Below are positions 54,266 through 64,000 of a stretch of 64,000 nt of DNA, one piece after another. The stretch spans positions 960,001-1,024,000 of the forward strand of contig OZ240241.1 of NCBI GenBank assembly GCA_965198115.1, read 5' to 3'. Every line of letters starts with the position of its first letter. The stretch's first letter is position 1. The DNA is from Candidatus Latescibacterota bacterium. GTDB lineage: Bacteria > Latescibacterota > UBA2968. The notes below the pieces were generated by a model. That model had not been told where the DNA came from and ran no database searches. It saw nothing but the letters and a program-made list of their open reading frames with translations. The translations under genes and the position numbers were made by a program.

Positions 54266-54700
54266 TTGCGCTACGCCCTCGCCGGCCACCGTCAACTCAC
54301 TACGCCCGCCGCACGGAATTTTGGTGGAACCCCAAGCGGCCCGACGAACGGGTGCTGTGGAACGGCAGCACCCGTGCGAAAAGCGGCCATCAAGAGACTT
54401 ATCAAAACCGGGACGACCAAGACGCCGTTGCGTGAGATTCTCGGGGGAGCAGGGACTGAGAGCGCAACCGAAGGCGGGCAGGAACTGATGATGGCCATTG
54501 CCAACGGCTTTCGTGCGGGCAAGAGCTGGGACACGATCTGGGAAGACGTCAAGGTCCGCGTGCCCGAGGGGATGGTGCAGGGCGGACTGGTCGGCGGGAC
54601 TATGACGGCGGGAACGCGGCTGGCCGCCGGACTCCAGAAGGGTCAAGACCTGACCGACGGGGCGGCGATCACCGCGATCATGCCCTCAAAGCGTGCGTTA
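54266..54700 (+). pseudogene. Fragment of a phage-like large protein
   Basis: Gly/Ala-rich 'GGAGTESATEGGQE...GGLVGG' pattern; no clear start. Confidence 0.3.
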
Positions 54701-54719
54701 TCGAGGTCTTCGGTCTCGA

Positions 54720-55995
54720 AGGCGCTGTAGGTTTTTCTCAACGAGGTCGTCGGGAATGGCGGCCGCGAAAGGCAACCAGTACTCATGCCCGTAGAGGACG
54801 TCATCGGAAACCTGCGTGGCCACCCACTCGCTCACCCACGCCGGATCAGTGTTACGCACATGTTTGAGCGCCAGTTGGACGTGGTGCGAACCCCAACTGC
54901 GTATGTCGGCACTGGATGCCTTCATCGCATCCTTGATGACGCCGTCCAAGTCTGTTTCGCCCAACTCGACTAAGTCGAGTGCCGTTCGCAGGCGCGCGCG
55001 ACGGTCCGTACTGGTCTCGATGAACTCGCGCATCGCGGCGATGGTTTTGGACCTGAGCGCTGTGGGCACTAGGTCCGCATTCTCGCGTGCCACATCCTCG
55101 AATGTCCGTGCATCCATCGATTCCAGCACGCGAATTAGCACGTCGTCAGACCTGGTCCACATAAGGCCCGAGGCTGCCGCCTTCTTCACTGCGGTGCTCT
55201 TGTCCTCCACAGCGAAGTCCGCGACTTCTCCGTCCGCCCGATGATGAAGCAGTTCGGAAACGAAATCCGCTCGCGCCTCCTCGCTCCAGCCGCGCACTTG
55301 ATCGCGCCACCTCGGTCCAAGCGACGAGACCCGGATATCCGGCCAGATCCGGTACGTGGCAAGCCGCGTTTGCTCGTCCTTATCCGAGAGAAGCGGCACG
55401 ATTATGTCGCTGAAGTCGCCCACGCCAGTGACGAGCATGGCGGCCACGGCATATTGCTGATAGTTGTCGTCGCGGATTGCATAGACAGCGCGGAAGCAGT
55501 CACCGACAGCGGTGCGGACTTCATTCCAGACGGTCGCGCCGCAAAGCTGCGTAAGTTCACCGGCGAATACGAGATCGACAGCGAGCGCCATCTCTACCAG
55601 CTTCCTCCCGGCGCGGGTGTTTCGCTTGTCGGCTGCGTCATCGCCGCTCTTCTCGGTAAACGTTGCGGCGATCATGCGTAGCGGTTCAGCCGATGCCGGA
55701 TCGTTCACATAGTCGGCCGTGAAGCGAGCGGTCACGTCTCCGTACTCGTCGTTCAGGTCGAGAAGCTGCGCTTGGATATGCAGCGCGGCGAAGTACTCCT
55801 GAAGCTGCTGATGGTCGAATCGAAACGCGGTCTGCGGATAATCAACGCGCTCGAGAACGTGGTGCGCTGTGAGCGTCGCCAGGACCGTCGGTGCTCCTAC
55901 CGGCTCGATCTGCCCACTGTTCGCAAGCTCTCGTGCGACGACGGCGACGATGGCGCGGGCATCAGTCTCGGGCAATTCCACCGCACCCAGGCGGG
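54720..55995 (-). pseudogene. Internal fragment of a NACHT/STAND-type protein
   Basis: FRFDHQQLQEYFAA winged-helix motif followed by helical repeats; NTPase domain missing. Confidence 0.6.
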
Positions 55996-55997
55996 TC

Positions 55998-56090
55998 ATG
56001 CAGCCCAGCCAGGTCTCCACCTTCTGATCCAGGACGATCTCGGCGTAGAGATGCCGGCTCCAGGCCAGCACCATCACGAAGACCCACGTC
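55998..56090 (-). mobile_element. IS21 IstA transposase fragment
   Basis: WVFVMVLAWSRHLYAEIVLDQKVETWLGC. Confidence 0.65.
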
Positions 56091-56282
56091 GTCCTCCAGT
56101 TTGTAATTCAGGATCACTCGACGGACCTGTCGCACCTGATAGGGTTTCGCATGGCCATCGTCGCGTTGCAGATTGATTCTCTCGGCGACACCTTCTTTTA
56201 TTAATAATGTGATGGCTGCCTCGGACCCGCTCGGTGTGAACCCCAGATTCGGAGCAGACCACACAAGTCGTCGAAGCGGGCG
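56087..56282 (-). pseudogene. hicA: HicA-family toxin pseudogene
   Basis: RFDDLCGLL...RGSHHI..KEGVAERINLQ..GHAKPYQVRQV spread over shifted frames. Confidence 0.65.
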
Positions 56283-56395
56283 CGTGCAGATAACAAAAAG
56301 CCGCTATCTGCACGCGCATGGTTCGTGAAACTGCTTCGGCCGTCCTGCTGATCCCACGTCGCCGGCGTCCTGGCAGGAGCTTGGGGAGCGCTTTT

Positions 56396-56587
56396 TTGAT
56401 TCCGCGCCAGAGTGATGGCGGGCGTCGAAGTCGCAGGGGAGGAAGCAGTCTGTGCCACTGAGACCTCCATACAAGCCTTTTAAGGAGGCTTTGAGGTTGA
56501 AAGAGGGTGGGGTGGTTGCCCTTTCGGGGCGAAAAGAGCTTAAAAGGGCCGTATGAAAGCCTGGGGGATACATGACTGTATTGAAAC
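56396..56587 (+). ncRNA. Putative structured RNA ending in a solitary CRISPR-like repeat (copy B; repeat 56551-56587)
   Basis: Ends GTATGAAAGCCTGGGGGATACATGACTGTATTGAAAC; internal anti-repeat at 56445-56484. Confidence 0.55.
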
Positions 56588-56842
56588 GTCGTGCGTTTTG
56601 TCCGATATTCCGCTCACGCACCGTCGTCGATCGGCATCGAGGTCCTCGCCGGCGTGGCGATGGATGAGGATGAAAAATCGGACACGTGCCTGAGAGCCCT
56701 GAAGCAGATCGCCGACGAGACGGCGGCGGACGTTGAGGGGATGATCGTCGCCCTGACCGAGCAGATCGCCTTGCTCGGCGAGATCGTGGTGGCGCTTCAT
56801 CTCCAGAAGTAAAAGGAGGAGGTTGATGGATCCTGTCGTGAT

Positions 56843-57835
56843 TCAACGAGGTGGGTGGGATTGAAGAGAGTCGATATCATCGCGCGCCGCCGCCGGTTCG
56901 TGATTAACGGGTACGAGACGCTCGCCGATGTCGGATTCGACGGAGATTGGGTCACACCCCATGAATACATCGGAATCGAACTTCTCTCGCAGTTCACGAA
57001 ATGCTCTTGTCTGGTGCTCGACCAGATCCAAGCTGGCTGACTGCCCTTTTGGTAGATGAGGGAACATCGCGGTTCGGGAGCCCTTGTAGGCGAAGTGCCG
57101 TAGATGAGGAACATCTCTGCCTTGGTAGACCACCTCGTCAATTACGAGGAAGACGGACTCTTGAAGCCAAAGACTATCACTGGCCACCAAGCCGTTAGTT
57201 ATGTGAAGTTCGCTCCTCCCACCTCTGGCGAAGTGCTTATAAGACAGCTGGACTTCTGGAATAGCTGCCTCCTCGTACATTCTGACTTGAGAGGAGTGGT
57301 AGAAGTAGCCTACCACGAGACCCACAGCAGAGAGCCAGGGAATAGCTTTGATGAGCTTGGCGAAGGTGCGGGCTTTTTCCGCTGATGGGGTTGGCGCTTG
57401 CTTGGATTGGAGTTGATTCAGGGCATCCTCGAGCTGCTTCTTCGCTCCTGTGATCGAGTCCCTTCTCTCGAACTCGATGTCCATAAGCGATCTACCCTGT
57501 TCATCAGAAACCCTCTGAACAGGGGACGGTTTATGTCCGAGCAGCTGACCAGTGTTCTTGATGGCCTTATCAGTTGCCGCTATCGCAGGTTGATCTATGT
57601 AGCCTTGGCACTTCTGTCGGAACTCACCACGCAGTTCCTGAAGTCTCCCAAGGGCAGCTGGTTTGTCGTCCCAAAAAGTCAACGGCTGGAGCTCATCAGC
57701 TATGGACATTGCATCTCGAATGGCCTTGACGCGGTCAGTGTTGTCAATCTCCTTAGGCGGCGCCCAAGAGATGCCTCCTACGCCGGGTAACGAGACACCG
57801 GTTATTCGTCGTAAGAACCTGCTGAGGAATCCCAC
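56843..57835 (-). CDS. Hypothetical protein (DUF6650-like N-terminus, possibly chimeric)
   Basis: RRITGVSLPGVGGISWAPP start; central TM segment; lower GC. Confidence 0.45.
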   Translation of the reverse strand: MGFLSRFLRRITGVSLPGVGGISWAPPKEIDNTDRVKAIRDAMSIADELQPLTFWDDKPAALGRLQELRGEFRQKCQGYIDQPAIAATDKAIKNTGQLLGHKPSPVQRVSDEQGRSLMDIEFERRDSITGAKKQLEDALNQLQSKQAPTPSAEKARTFAKLIKAIPWLSAVGLVVGYFYHSSQVRMYEEAAIPEVQLSYKHFARGGRSELHITNGLVASDSLWLQESVFLVIDEVVYQGRDVPHLRHFAYKGSRTAMFPHLPKGQSASLDLVEHQTRAFRELREKFDSDVFMGCDPISVESDIGERLVPVNHEPAAARDDIDSLQSHPPR

Positions 57836-58241
57836 TTAGGAAGTCTCCCGTTACCGCCTCGAATGGCGGATCAGTTCCCTAGAATTTCAGCATTTGATAC
57901 GACCTGTTTAAGCAGAGTACACACGCCTTTGTGGGCGACCCAAGGAGGGGCCGCCTTTTCGCATAGCCGGGCTGCCTTGCTGCTAACTGGTTCGTACCCC
58001 TTCGCCTGCTGCCCGATAATGGCGACTGGTGGGGCAACACCGTGGTCTTGTCTGGAGAACATGGGAGATAAGCCATGCAGCGCCAACGAGGCGGACTGTT
58101 CATCGGAACAATAAAAAATTCCCAGCCGGAAATCTTCTTGGTCTCGACCGACTGGACGTCAATGAACGCTTTGCGCAGCGGAACGGAGGCGGAGTTCCGT
58201 GCTTCGTTTCCAGACCGTCCGAAGCGGAAAAGGACGAGCTG

Positions 58242-58772
58242 GTTGATCAGGTCTGGCCAGAGAGCCGGCAACAACGGTGCTGGAACCACAAGATCCTCAA
58301 CGTGCTCGACAAGGTCGCCAAGCGTGCACAGGCTGAAGCCCGCGCACTGCTCGTCCAGATCCCCTATGCCGGCACGAAAAAGGAGGCCGAGAAGCTCCGG
58401 AAACGCTTTGCCGCACGGTATCGCTCACAGTTCCCTGCCGCCGTGGAGACGCTCGAAAGAGACTGGGATCGGATGGTCACGTTCTACGACTTCCCGAAGG
58501 AACACTGGAAACACCTGAGAACCACGAACGTCGTCGAGAGCCCCTTTGCTTCCGTTCGGCTTCGCACAAACGCCGCCAGGCGATTCAAGAAAGTCAGGAA
58601 CGCCACGGCTCTCATCTGGCGTACGCTCAAGGTCGCAGAGAGCCGATTCAGGAAACTCACCGCGCCACACTTGCTACAACAAGTCTACGATCAGAAACAC
58701 TCAACCGGACCGCAGGTCGAAACCGGGAAGATGGCCGCCTGATTTCTTTTACACACCTATTGACCTGAGCTC
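58242..58772 (+). mobile_element. IS256 copy, heavily 5'-truncated
   Basis: Near-identical to the 3' ~530 bp of the IS256 above, one IR retained. Confidence 0.9.
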
Positions 58773-59322
58773 GGCGTGCGAGCAACTTGCGCTTGTCCAG
58801 GCAGGCGGGACACACGCCGCGCATCCGGTGGGGGATGACGTTGCCACAGGCGTCGCATCGCTTGCGCCGGACCGCGGCCTCGTGCAGGGTACTGCGAAGG
58901 ATACGGCCACCGTCGCGTTCAGGTTGAGACGCGTTGACGAGGTCCTCGATCTGGGCGGCTGCGTCGGACACGGCCTGTAACTGGGATTTGGAGAACAGCG
59001 CGAGCGTGGTTCCGTCCCGCTCCGTTCTCACCTTCAACGTGCCACAGCCGAAAGTTTCGCGAAGATCCACGCCGGTGACCCGGTTCAAGGGAACTTCTAC
59101 GAGATGAGAATCCTCGTGACCGTTCGGCGTCAGCGACATCAAGCGACGGTCCGTCGCCAGCAACCAGGCGGACCCGTATTCGCCGCTCAGGGTGATGTCG
59201 GTCTCGACGGCAACTCGAAGGGGTTCCCCGGAGTCGGGAAGCGTGTCAATCGCTGCCCGCACCTCATCGGGAATCTCGTCACTACCGCCGCCTTCTTCTG
59301 TTTCGATTTCGTCGCTCGCCAT
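58773..59322 (-). pseudogene. N-terminal stub of a third Zn-ribbon ABC exporter, cut by IS256
   Basis: D...GEYGSAWLLATDRRL and CDACGNVIPHRMRGVCPAC align with the N-termini at 968 and 3265. Confidence 0.75.
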
Positions 59323-60222
59323 CCCACTCCTTGCCGTTGAGGATGAGCTCGGCCGGTGCAAACCTTAAACAGTGGAAACCCGAGCAGGAACGCATTACAC
59401 TCAAGCATGTAAGTATTTACTGACTTTTGTCAGTCCTCCTGTTGCTCGGAAGGGACTGGTAAATGTGACACGGAATCCGCCGGTGGTTCTACCTGGCGGA
59501 TGAGAACCTTCGCCAGAAACAGAAGGCGGGGGAAGATTGACCGACCCTCTCCTGTACCCGCTTTGGCTCCCCCAACTGATGCTTCGAGTTGACGTGGATC
59601 GAGCGATGGCCCAGAGCGTAGGCCTGGCCGGCGTTTTAGTGTTCACAGGGAATCCCTGTCAAATCCCTTGCGGAAAGTTGAGGCATCGTATTGCTGCCCA
59701 ATCGAGATGTTGAGCTCGATCCTCAGGAGAGTGTCTGGACTAGGAACGTCGTAATCCTGGCGTTGACCGTGTTTCTTGCGCGCCTCGGTCAGGGCAATTC
59801 CATAGGAAATAACATTCTTGCATAGTAGACATTCGCCAAGACCCCGGATGCAGTCGAGGGGGCCACATCCGTTTAGTCTTTTGCACCAAAGATGTAGCGA
59901 TTCTACTGGACGGAAGAGAGAATGACGTGGATGATCTCCGTGCCCTTTTCAGCAGTTTGCTTGTTCAATGTGAAGACGGGCCCGGGGGGGTTGAGGTGTA
60001 AGAGCATTGACGGAGGTATAGAGTTCACACGTATGACACAACCGTTGAGTATCTTCGAAGGGCATCACGTGACAGAGAGGTGCTTGCCGACCTCGGCAGG
60101 ATCCGATCGAGCCATTACGCACGGCTATCGATAGGCATCACAGCGATTCCGGTGTTCATCGCGGTCGGCATACAAAACCAACCAAAGGGCCTCAATACCT
60201 GTCTGATTGGGAGGAGATCACT

Positions 60223-60638
60223 ATGCTACGGCGTTCGGTAGGGCGGCACCAGATCTTAGCTCTTTCTCTTGTTCTAATCATGGGTGCGTGCGGTGACGAT
60301 CCTGTTTCTTCGCAGACCGACCTGCTGGTAGGCGAATGGCAACTGATGACAAGCAATGGCGTTGCACCAGACGCTGCGTATACCACGGTGCTTGTTTTGA
60401 ATCACACGGGAACGTTTGTCCAGACGTTCATCACTCCTTTTGGTCAGGTCACGGAACACGGCACTTATGAAGTTCCGACGGACGGCGCCTTGCTCATGAC
60501 AACCACGGAACGGCACCTTGACAACGCCGCCGTGCCAGATGGGCTACCCGAAACCGACGAATTTTCGTTACGATCACTGAAGAGGAGCTGGTTATGGTAC
60601 TAGTGGATGGTTCCAGAAGTCGCTATATGCGAAATTGA
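60223..60638 (+). CDS. Lipocalin-like lipoprotein, frameshift near 60567
   Basis: Lipobox MGAC, 'LLVGEWQL', 'GTYEV'. Confidence 0.65.
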
Positions 60639-60912
60639 GCGAACGACCGCGGCAAACGTGACCAAGGGCAGGCGGGATGAATGCCTCGTTATAGGTCAAG
60701 CCGGGCATTCACGCACCATTGGGATCAGAACTCATGTAAGGCAGGGGTAATCGCGAGATCTGGTATCCCTATGGTATCCGGATCTACCTATATCAGGGAG
60801 CAGGAGGCCACTTGTAGCGGCAGATAGGGGCAAGAGTCAGTGAAGTGTAACAACCTGAAGGAGTTAGCAGTTACCCGTATTTGACGCTGTTTCTTCATTT
60901 TACATGTGGCTA

Positions 60913-60957
60913 TTCGGGAGCAGGAGGCCGAAGGTTCAAATCCTTTCGCCCCGACCA
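60913..60957 (+). other. Orphan 3' half of tRNA-Pro(CGG); att-site remnant
   Basis: TTCGGGA-GCAGG-AGGCC-GAAGG-TTCAAAT-CCTTT-CGCCCCG-ACCA with no 5' half upstream. Confidence 0.8.
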
Positions 60958-61114
60958 ATAATAACAGGGACTTACGTGATATGCGTGGGTCCCTGTTTCG
61001 TGTGCGGGCGTCTTTGTGGAAAGCGAGGTGGGGAAGGTCAGCCCGTTTAGGATTGTATGACAGTCGGTATGTGCCAATTGCAACAGGCTGGCAGGACCTC
61101 TCCGAATTGCGGAA

Positions 61115-61660
61115 TCAGAATCCCGCGAGAAATTCGAGGTCAGGGCCATCCTCCTTGGGCACGATCCGTTCGATTTCAAGCGTGTCCAATTGCAGGAGAT
61201 CGAGGATGGTATGGGGGCACGTTGTTCCGTTCGCGTGTCGGAGGACACTCACGATCGGTCGTGTGTAAGCGGCTTCGTTTGTCCCCACGACGCGTGCCAG
61301 ACGACCATCGTTCAGTTCCACCAGTGTCCCCACGGGGAACAGCGACAGAACCTGGAGAATTGATCGAACCACGTCCCTGTCGATCTGGTTGGTGTTCGCA
61401 CCATGTAGTAGGAAATAGACGGCTCCGTAAGTCGTCGCAGCAGGGCGATAGGTCTTTCGGAGCACAGAGCAACATAGATGTTGACCGCGCTCAGGATTCG
61501 CCCGATCTGGGTGAATGACTCGCCCGACAGACCATTTGGATAGCCCGAACCGTCTAGGCGCTCGTGGGATTGTTCTATGGCGCCCAGGACTAGGCTCGGC
61601 ACACCGATGTTATTGGCTTTGAGAATCTGGACCGAACGATCGGGATGGCGCCCACATCGT
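61115..61660 (-). pseudogene. HD-GYP domain C-terminal fragment
   Basis: SHERLDGSGYPNGL and SLFPVGTLVELNDG..ARVV in different frames. Confidence 0.7.
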
Positions 61661-62215
61661 TTTGCCGGTATCGAAGCCGATCCTGAAGGCCGGATGACGA
61701 TCTCGACCGTCAAACGGTCAGGCGGCCAACTGCGTCTGAACTACCGGTGTCAGCCAGGCGGCTACATCATAGCAGAATTGATTCCCACAGTACCCTCACG
61801 CATCCATCCGGACGCCGATCCGAGTCCCGGATTCTCCTTCACCGACAGCGATCGCTTGACGGGGGACGAACTCACGAAACCGATGACCTCCAACCTCGGG
61901 GACACGGTAGCGATCCGCCTTAAACTGTTCCAGGCCAAGCTGTTCGCCTTCTCGGTTTAAAGACGTCGCAGGCCAATCTGTCTTCGCCCCGATTACGTAG
62001 GTGCCCCCGGGGACTTTTTCCTGAACACTGCCTGCCCGCCGGAGCCCGGAGGGCGAAGGTGGGAACGACTGAACACTTCCCAGGTAATCGAGCCCACTGG
62101 CCAACCCTACAGCCGTGTTACAAGTTGCGGAACGTCTCAGGTGTCCAGTTATTTCGTGCGGAAACACGCACATTGTCGCGTCCGTCGGGGGCGCCCACAC
62201 CTCAGGGGAGGGGAC

Positions 62216-64000
62216 ATGGATCGTCCTATCATAAAGCGTCTTGGCGCACTTCTGGTCGGCCTGACCGTCCTCGGGCTGAGCGGCCTCCTAACGCTCCCAC
62301 TCGCTTCGGACGACCGAACAGGAAAACCCAACTACAAGAAGACAGCCAAAGCCAAAGCATCGGAAACGCCTCTGGCCGCGAAGGTTGCCCAGCTCGATAG
62401 CTCCAAGCGATCTGCCGCGTCCAAACCGGCCCTCAAGTCGGCCGCTGGCACGCAAAACAAGGTCCGCGGCAAGACCACGCTCGGATCCGCCCGAGCTGCA
62501 AAATCGACCAAGGACCGAGGGCTCGGGAAGCTCAGAGCAGCCAAACGTGCGCCGGCCAGCCCTGCGGCAGCCAAACAAATTGCAGCCGCCCGCCTGGCCA
62601 AATCGTCGAAGCTGGCTGCCGCACGCGTGTCCGTAAGGGCGCCGAAATTGGCCATCGCCCGTACGGCGGCGAGGTCGGCGAAGCTCGTAGCTGCCAAGGG
62701 TGCAATCGCGCAGCTAAGTCCGCCCAGAAAGTCGGCCAGCCACGTCCGGTAGCGAGCCGGCTGACCAAGCAGGCCTGACGGGCACGATTGGTCTGGGTGG
62801 TTCGGTCTCCGGTACGCTGGCTGCGAGCTCTGAGGTAGCCTTCTACCAGCTCACCATCAGCCAGGATGTGCCAGTCAACATCGATGTCACATCAGCAGGG
62901 TTCGACACTTTTCTGGAGCTGTTCGACACGGCCGATCCCGCTGCAGCCGACGTTTTCAACCCGATCACCGCCGATGATGACGGCGGTATCGGTTTCAACT
63001 CCAGGATCACACGTCAGTTAGGGCCTGGGACTTATATCATCGCCGTGTCAGCCCTGTTCGGGTCGGGGTCTTTCACCCTTCAGGCAGGTGAACGAAGCTG
63101 TCGCTCAACCCGTTTCCATCGGAGACGTAGCCACAGGCACGAACACGATGGGCTCGGAGTTCTACAGGCTTGACATCGGGTCGCCGACGGCCGTGGTGAT
63201 CGACCTGACAAGCCAGGAATTCGACCCCTTTCTCGAGATCTTCGCCACGGATAGCCCTGGAACCACGAACGCTGCCAATGTGATCGGCAGCGATGATGAC
63301 AGCGGCGGTTCCCTCAATTCGCGTCTTTCGCTCACGCTGGATGCAGGCACCTACATTATCCGGGTGAGCACGATCGCAGAACCGGGTGCTTATACGTTGA
63401 CGGTATCGGGCGACTCGACCGGCGGGGAACCGGCCGGAGGTGGAACGGCGGAGGTAATGGCGATCGGGCCCGGCGAGACCAGGACGGGTGTCCTGTCCAG
63501 CGGTGCGGTGAACTTTTTCGAACTGACGGTTACGACCGACGCCACAATCGTGATTGATCTCACGTCCAGTGAGTTCGACCCGACCCTCGACCTGTATGAC
63601 ACGGACAACCCGGATCTGGCCGGTTCTGGGAATCTCCTGGCCTTCAATGACGACCACGGCCTGTCGCTGAATTCCCAGATTACGCTTGCTTTGACGCCCG
63701 GAACCTATCTGATCGGCGTTTCCGCCTTCATTGCCGGATCGGGCGCCTACGAACTGATGGTGTCAGAAGAAGCGGCCGGCGGCGGAGTGCCTGCCGAGGT
63801 GATTTCGATCGTCCCCGGTCAGACCGAAACGGGGATCCTGTCCAGCGGGGGTGTGAACTTCTACGCACTCACACTCGCCACGGATGCCGCGTTGATCATC
63901 GATCTCACATCCGACGATTTCGACACCTTCCTCGAACTCTACGACACGGGCAGCCCGGACGAAGCAGGGCCGACCAACCTGCTGGCCTTCAACGACGACC
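62216..64000 (+). CDS. Large secreted protein with Lys/Ala-rich N-terminus and at least 4 PPC-like repeats (frameshifts near 62720 and 63090; runs off the window)
   Basis: Repeat FY.L.....V.IDLTS..FD.FLEL.D...DD....NS.I...L.PGTY.I.VS occurs four times. Confidence 0.75.

Noticed and set aside
54698-56077. 459-aa transposase-NACHT fusion protein
   Set aside because: In-frame join of a ~30-aa IstA scrap to an internal fragment; neither catalytic domain is complete.
56518-56545. Hammerhead ribozyme (GCCCTTTCGGGGC followed by GAAA looks like stem II plus core)
   Set aside because: The required CUGANGA is absent immediately upstream in both copies.
53788-56622. Self-targeting of the two putative guides within this window
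   Set aside because: No match noticed on manual inspection; not exhaustively excluded without alignment.
53700-56700. Conventional CRISPR array with cas genes
   Set aside because: Only one repeat per locus, in opposite orientations 2.7 kb apart; no Cas1, Cas6, Cas7, RuvC or TnpB motifs recognised in any ORF.
59400-60200. Riboswitch or ncRNA in the long non-coding stretch
   Set aside because: No recognisable conserved aptamer motif by eye; an Rfam scan would be needed.
60880-60957. Functional second tRNA-Pro gene
   Set aside because: No 5' acceptor strand, D-arm or 5' anticodon stem upstream.

Overview
GC-rich bacterial DNA; gene content suggests an FCB-group organism such as Latescibacterota (inference). 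Bases 1-32.4 kb look like core chromosome. They hold twin Zn-ribbon ABC exporters plus DUF1854, a sugar-acid/oxidoreductase catabolic cluster, HU, a tiny bS22-like ribosomal protein, tRNA-Arg(CCG), a sigma-70 factor, mlaEFD, an AI-2E transporter and tRNA-Pro(GGG), with one ISL3 and several single-base frameshifts that look like sequencing error. Bases 32.4-61 kb are a decayed, scrambled island running from tRNA-Pro(GGG) to an orphan 3' half of a tRNA-Pro(CGG). It contains three more ISL3, IS256 (one nested, two truncated), IS1380, a sigma-like/excisionase module and many gene fragments (aspS, phoH, DUF499, NACHT, HicA, TonB receptor). The best candidate for an undescribed system is a pair of diverged ~190-nt elements (53824-54011 minus, 56396-56587 plus). 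Each ends in a single 37-nt CRISPR-like repeat (GTATGAAAGCCTGGGGGATRCATGACTGTATTGAAAC) and carries its own upstream anti-repeat with a compensatory base change. Each leaves exactly the 8-nt ATTGAAAC unpaired ahead of a different downstream sequence. No cas gene is recognisable in the window.
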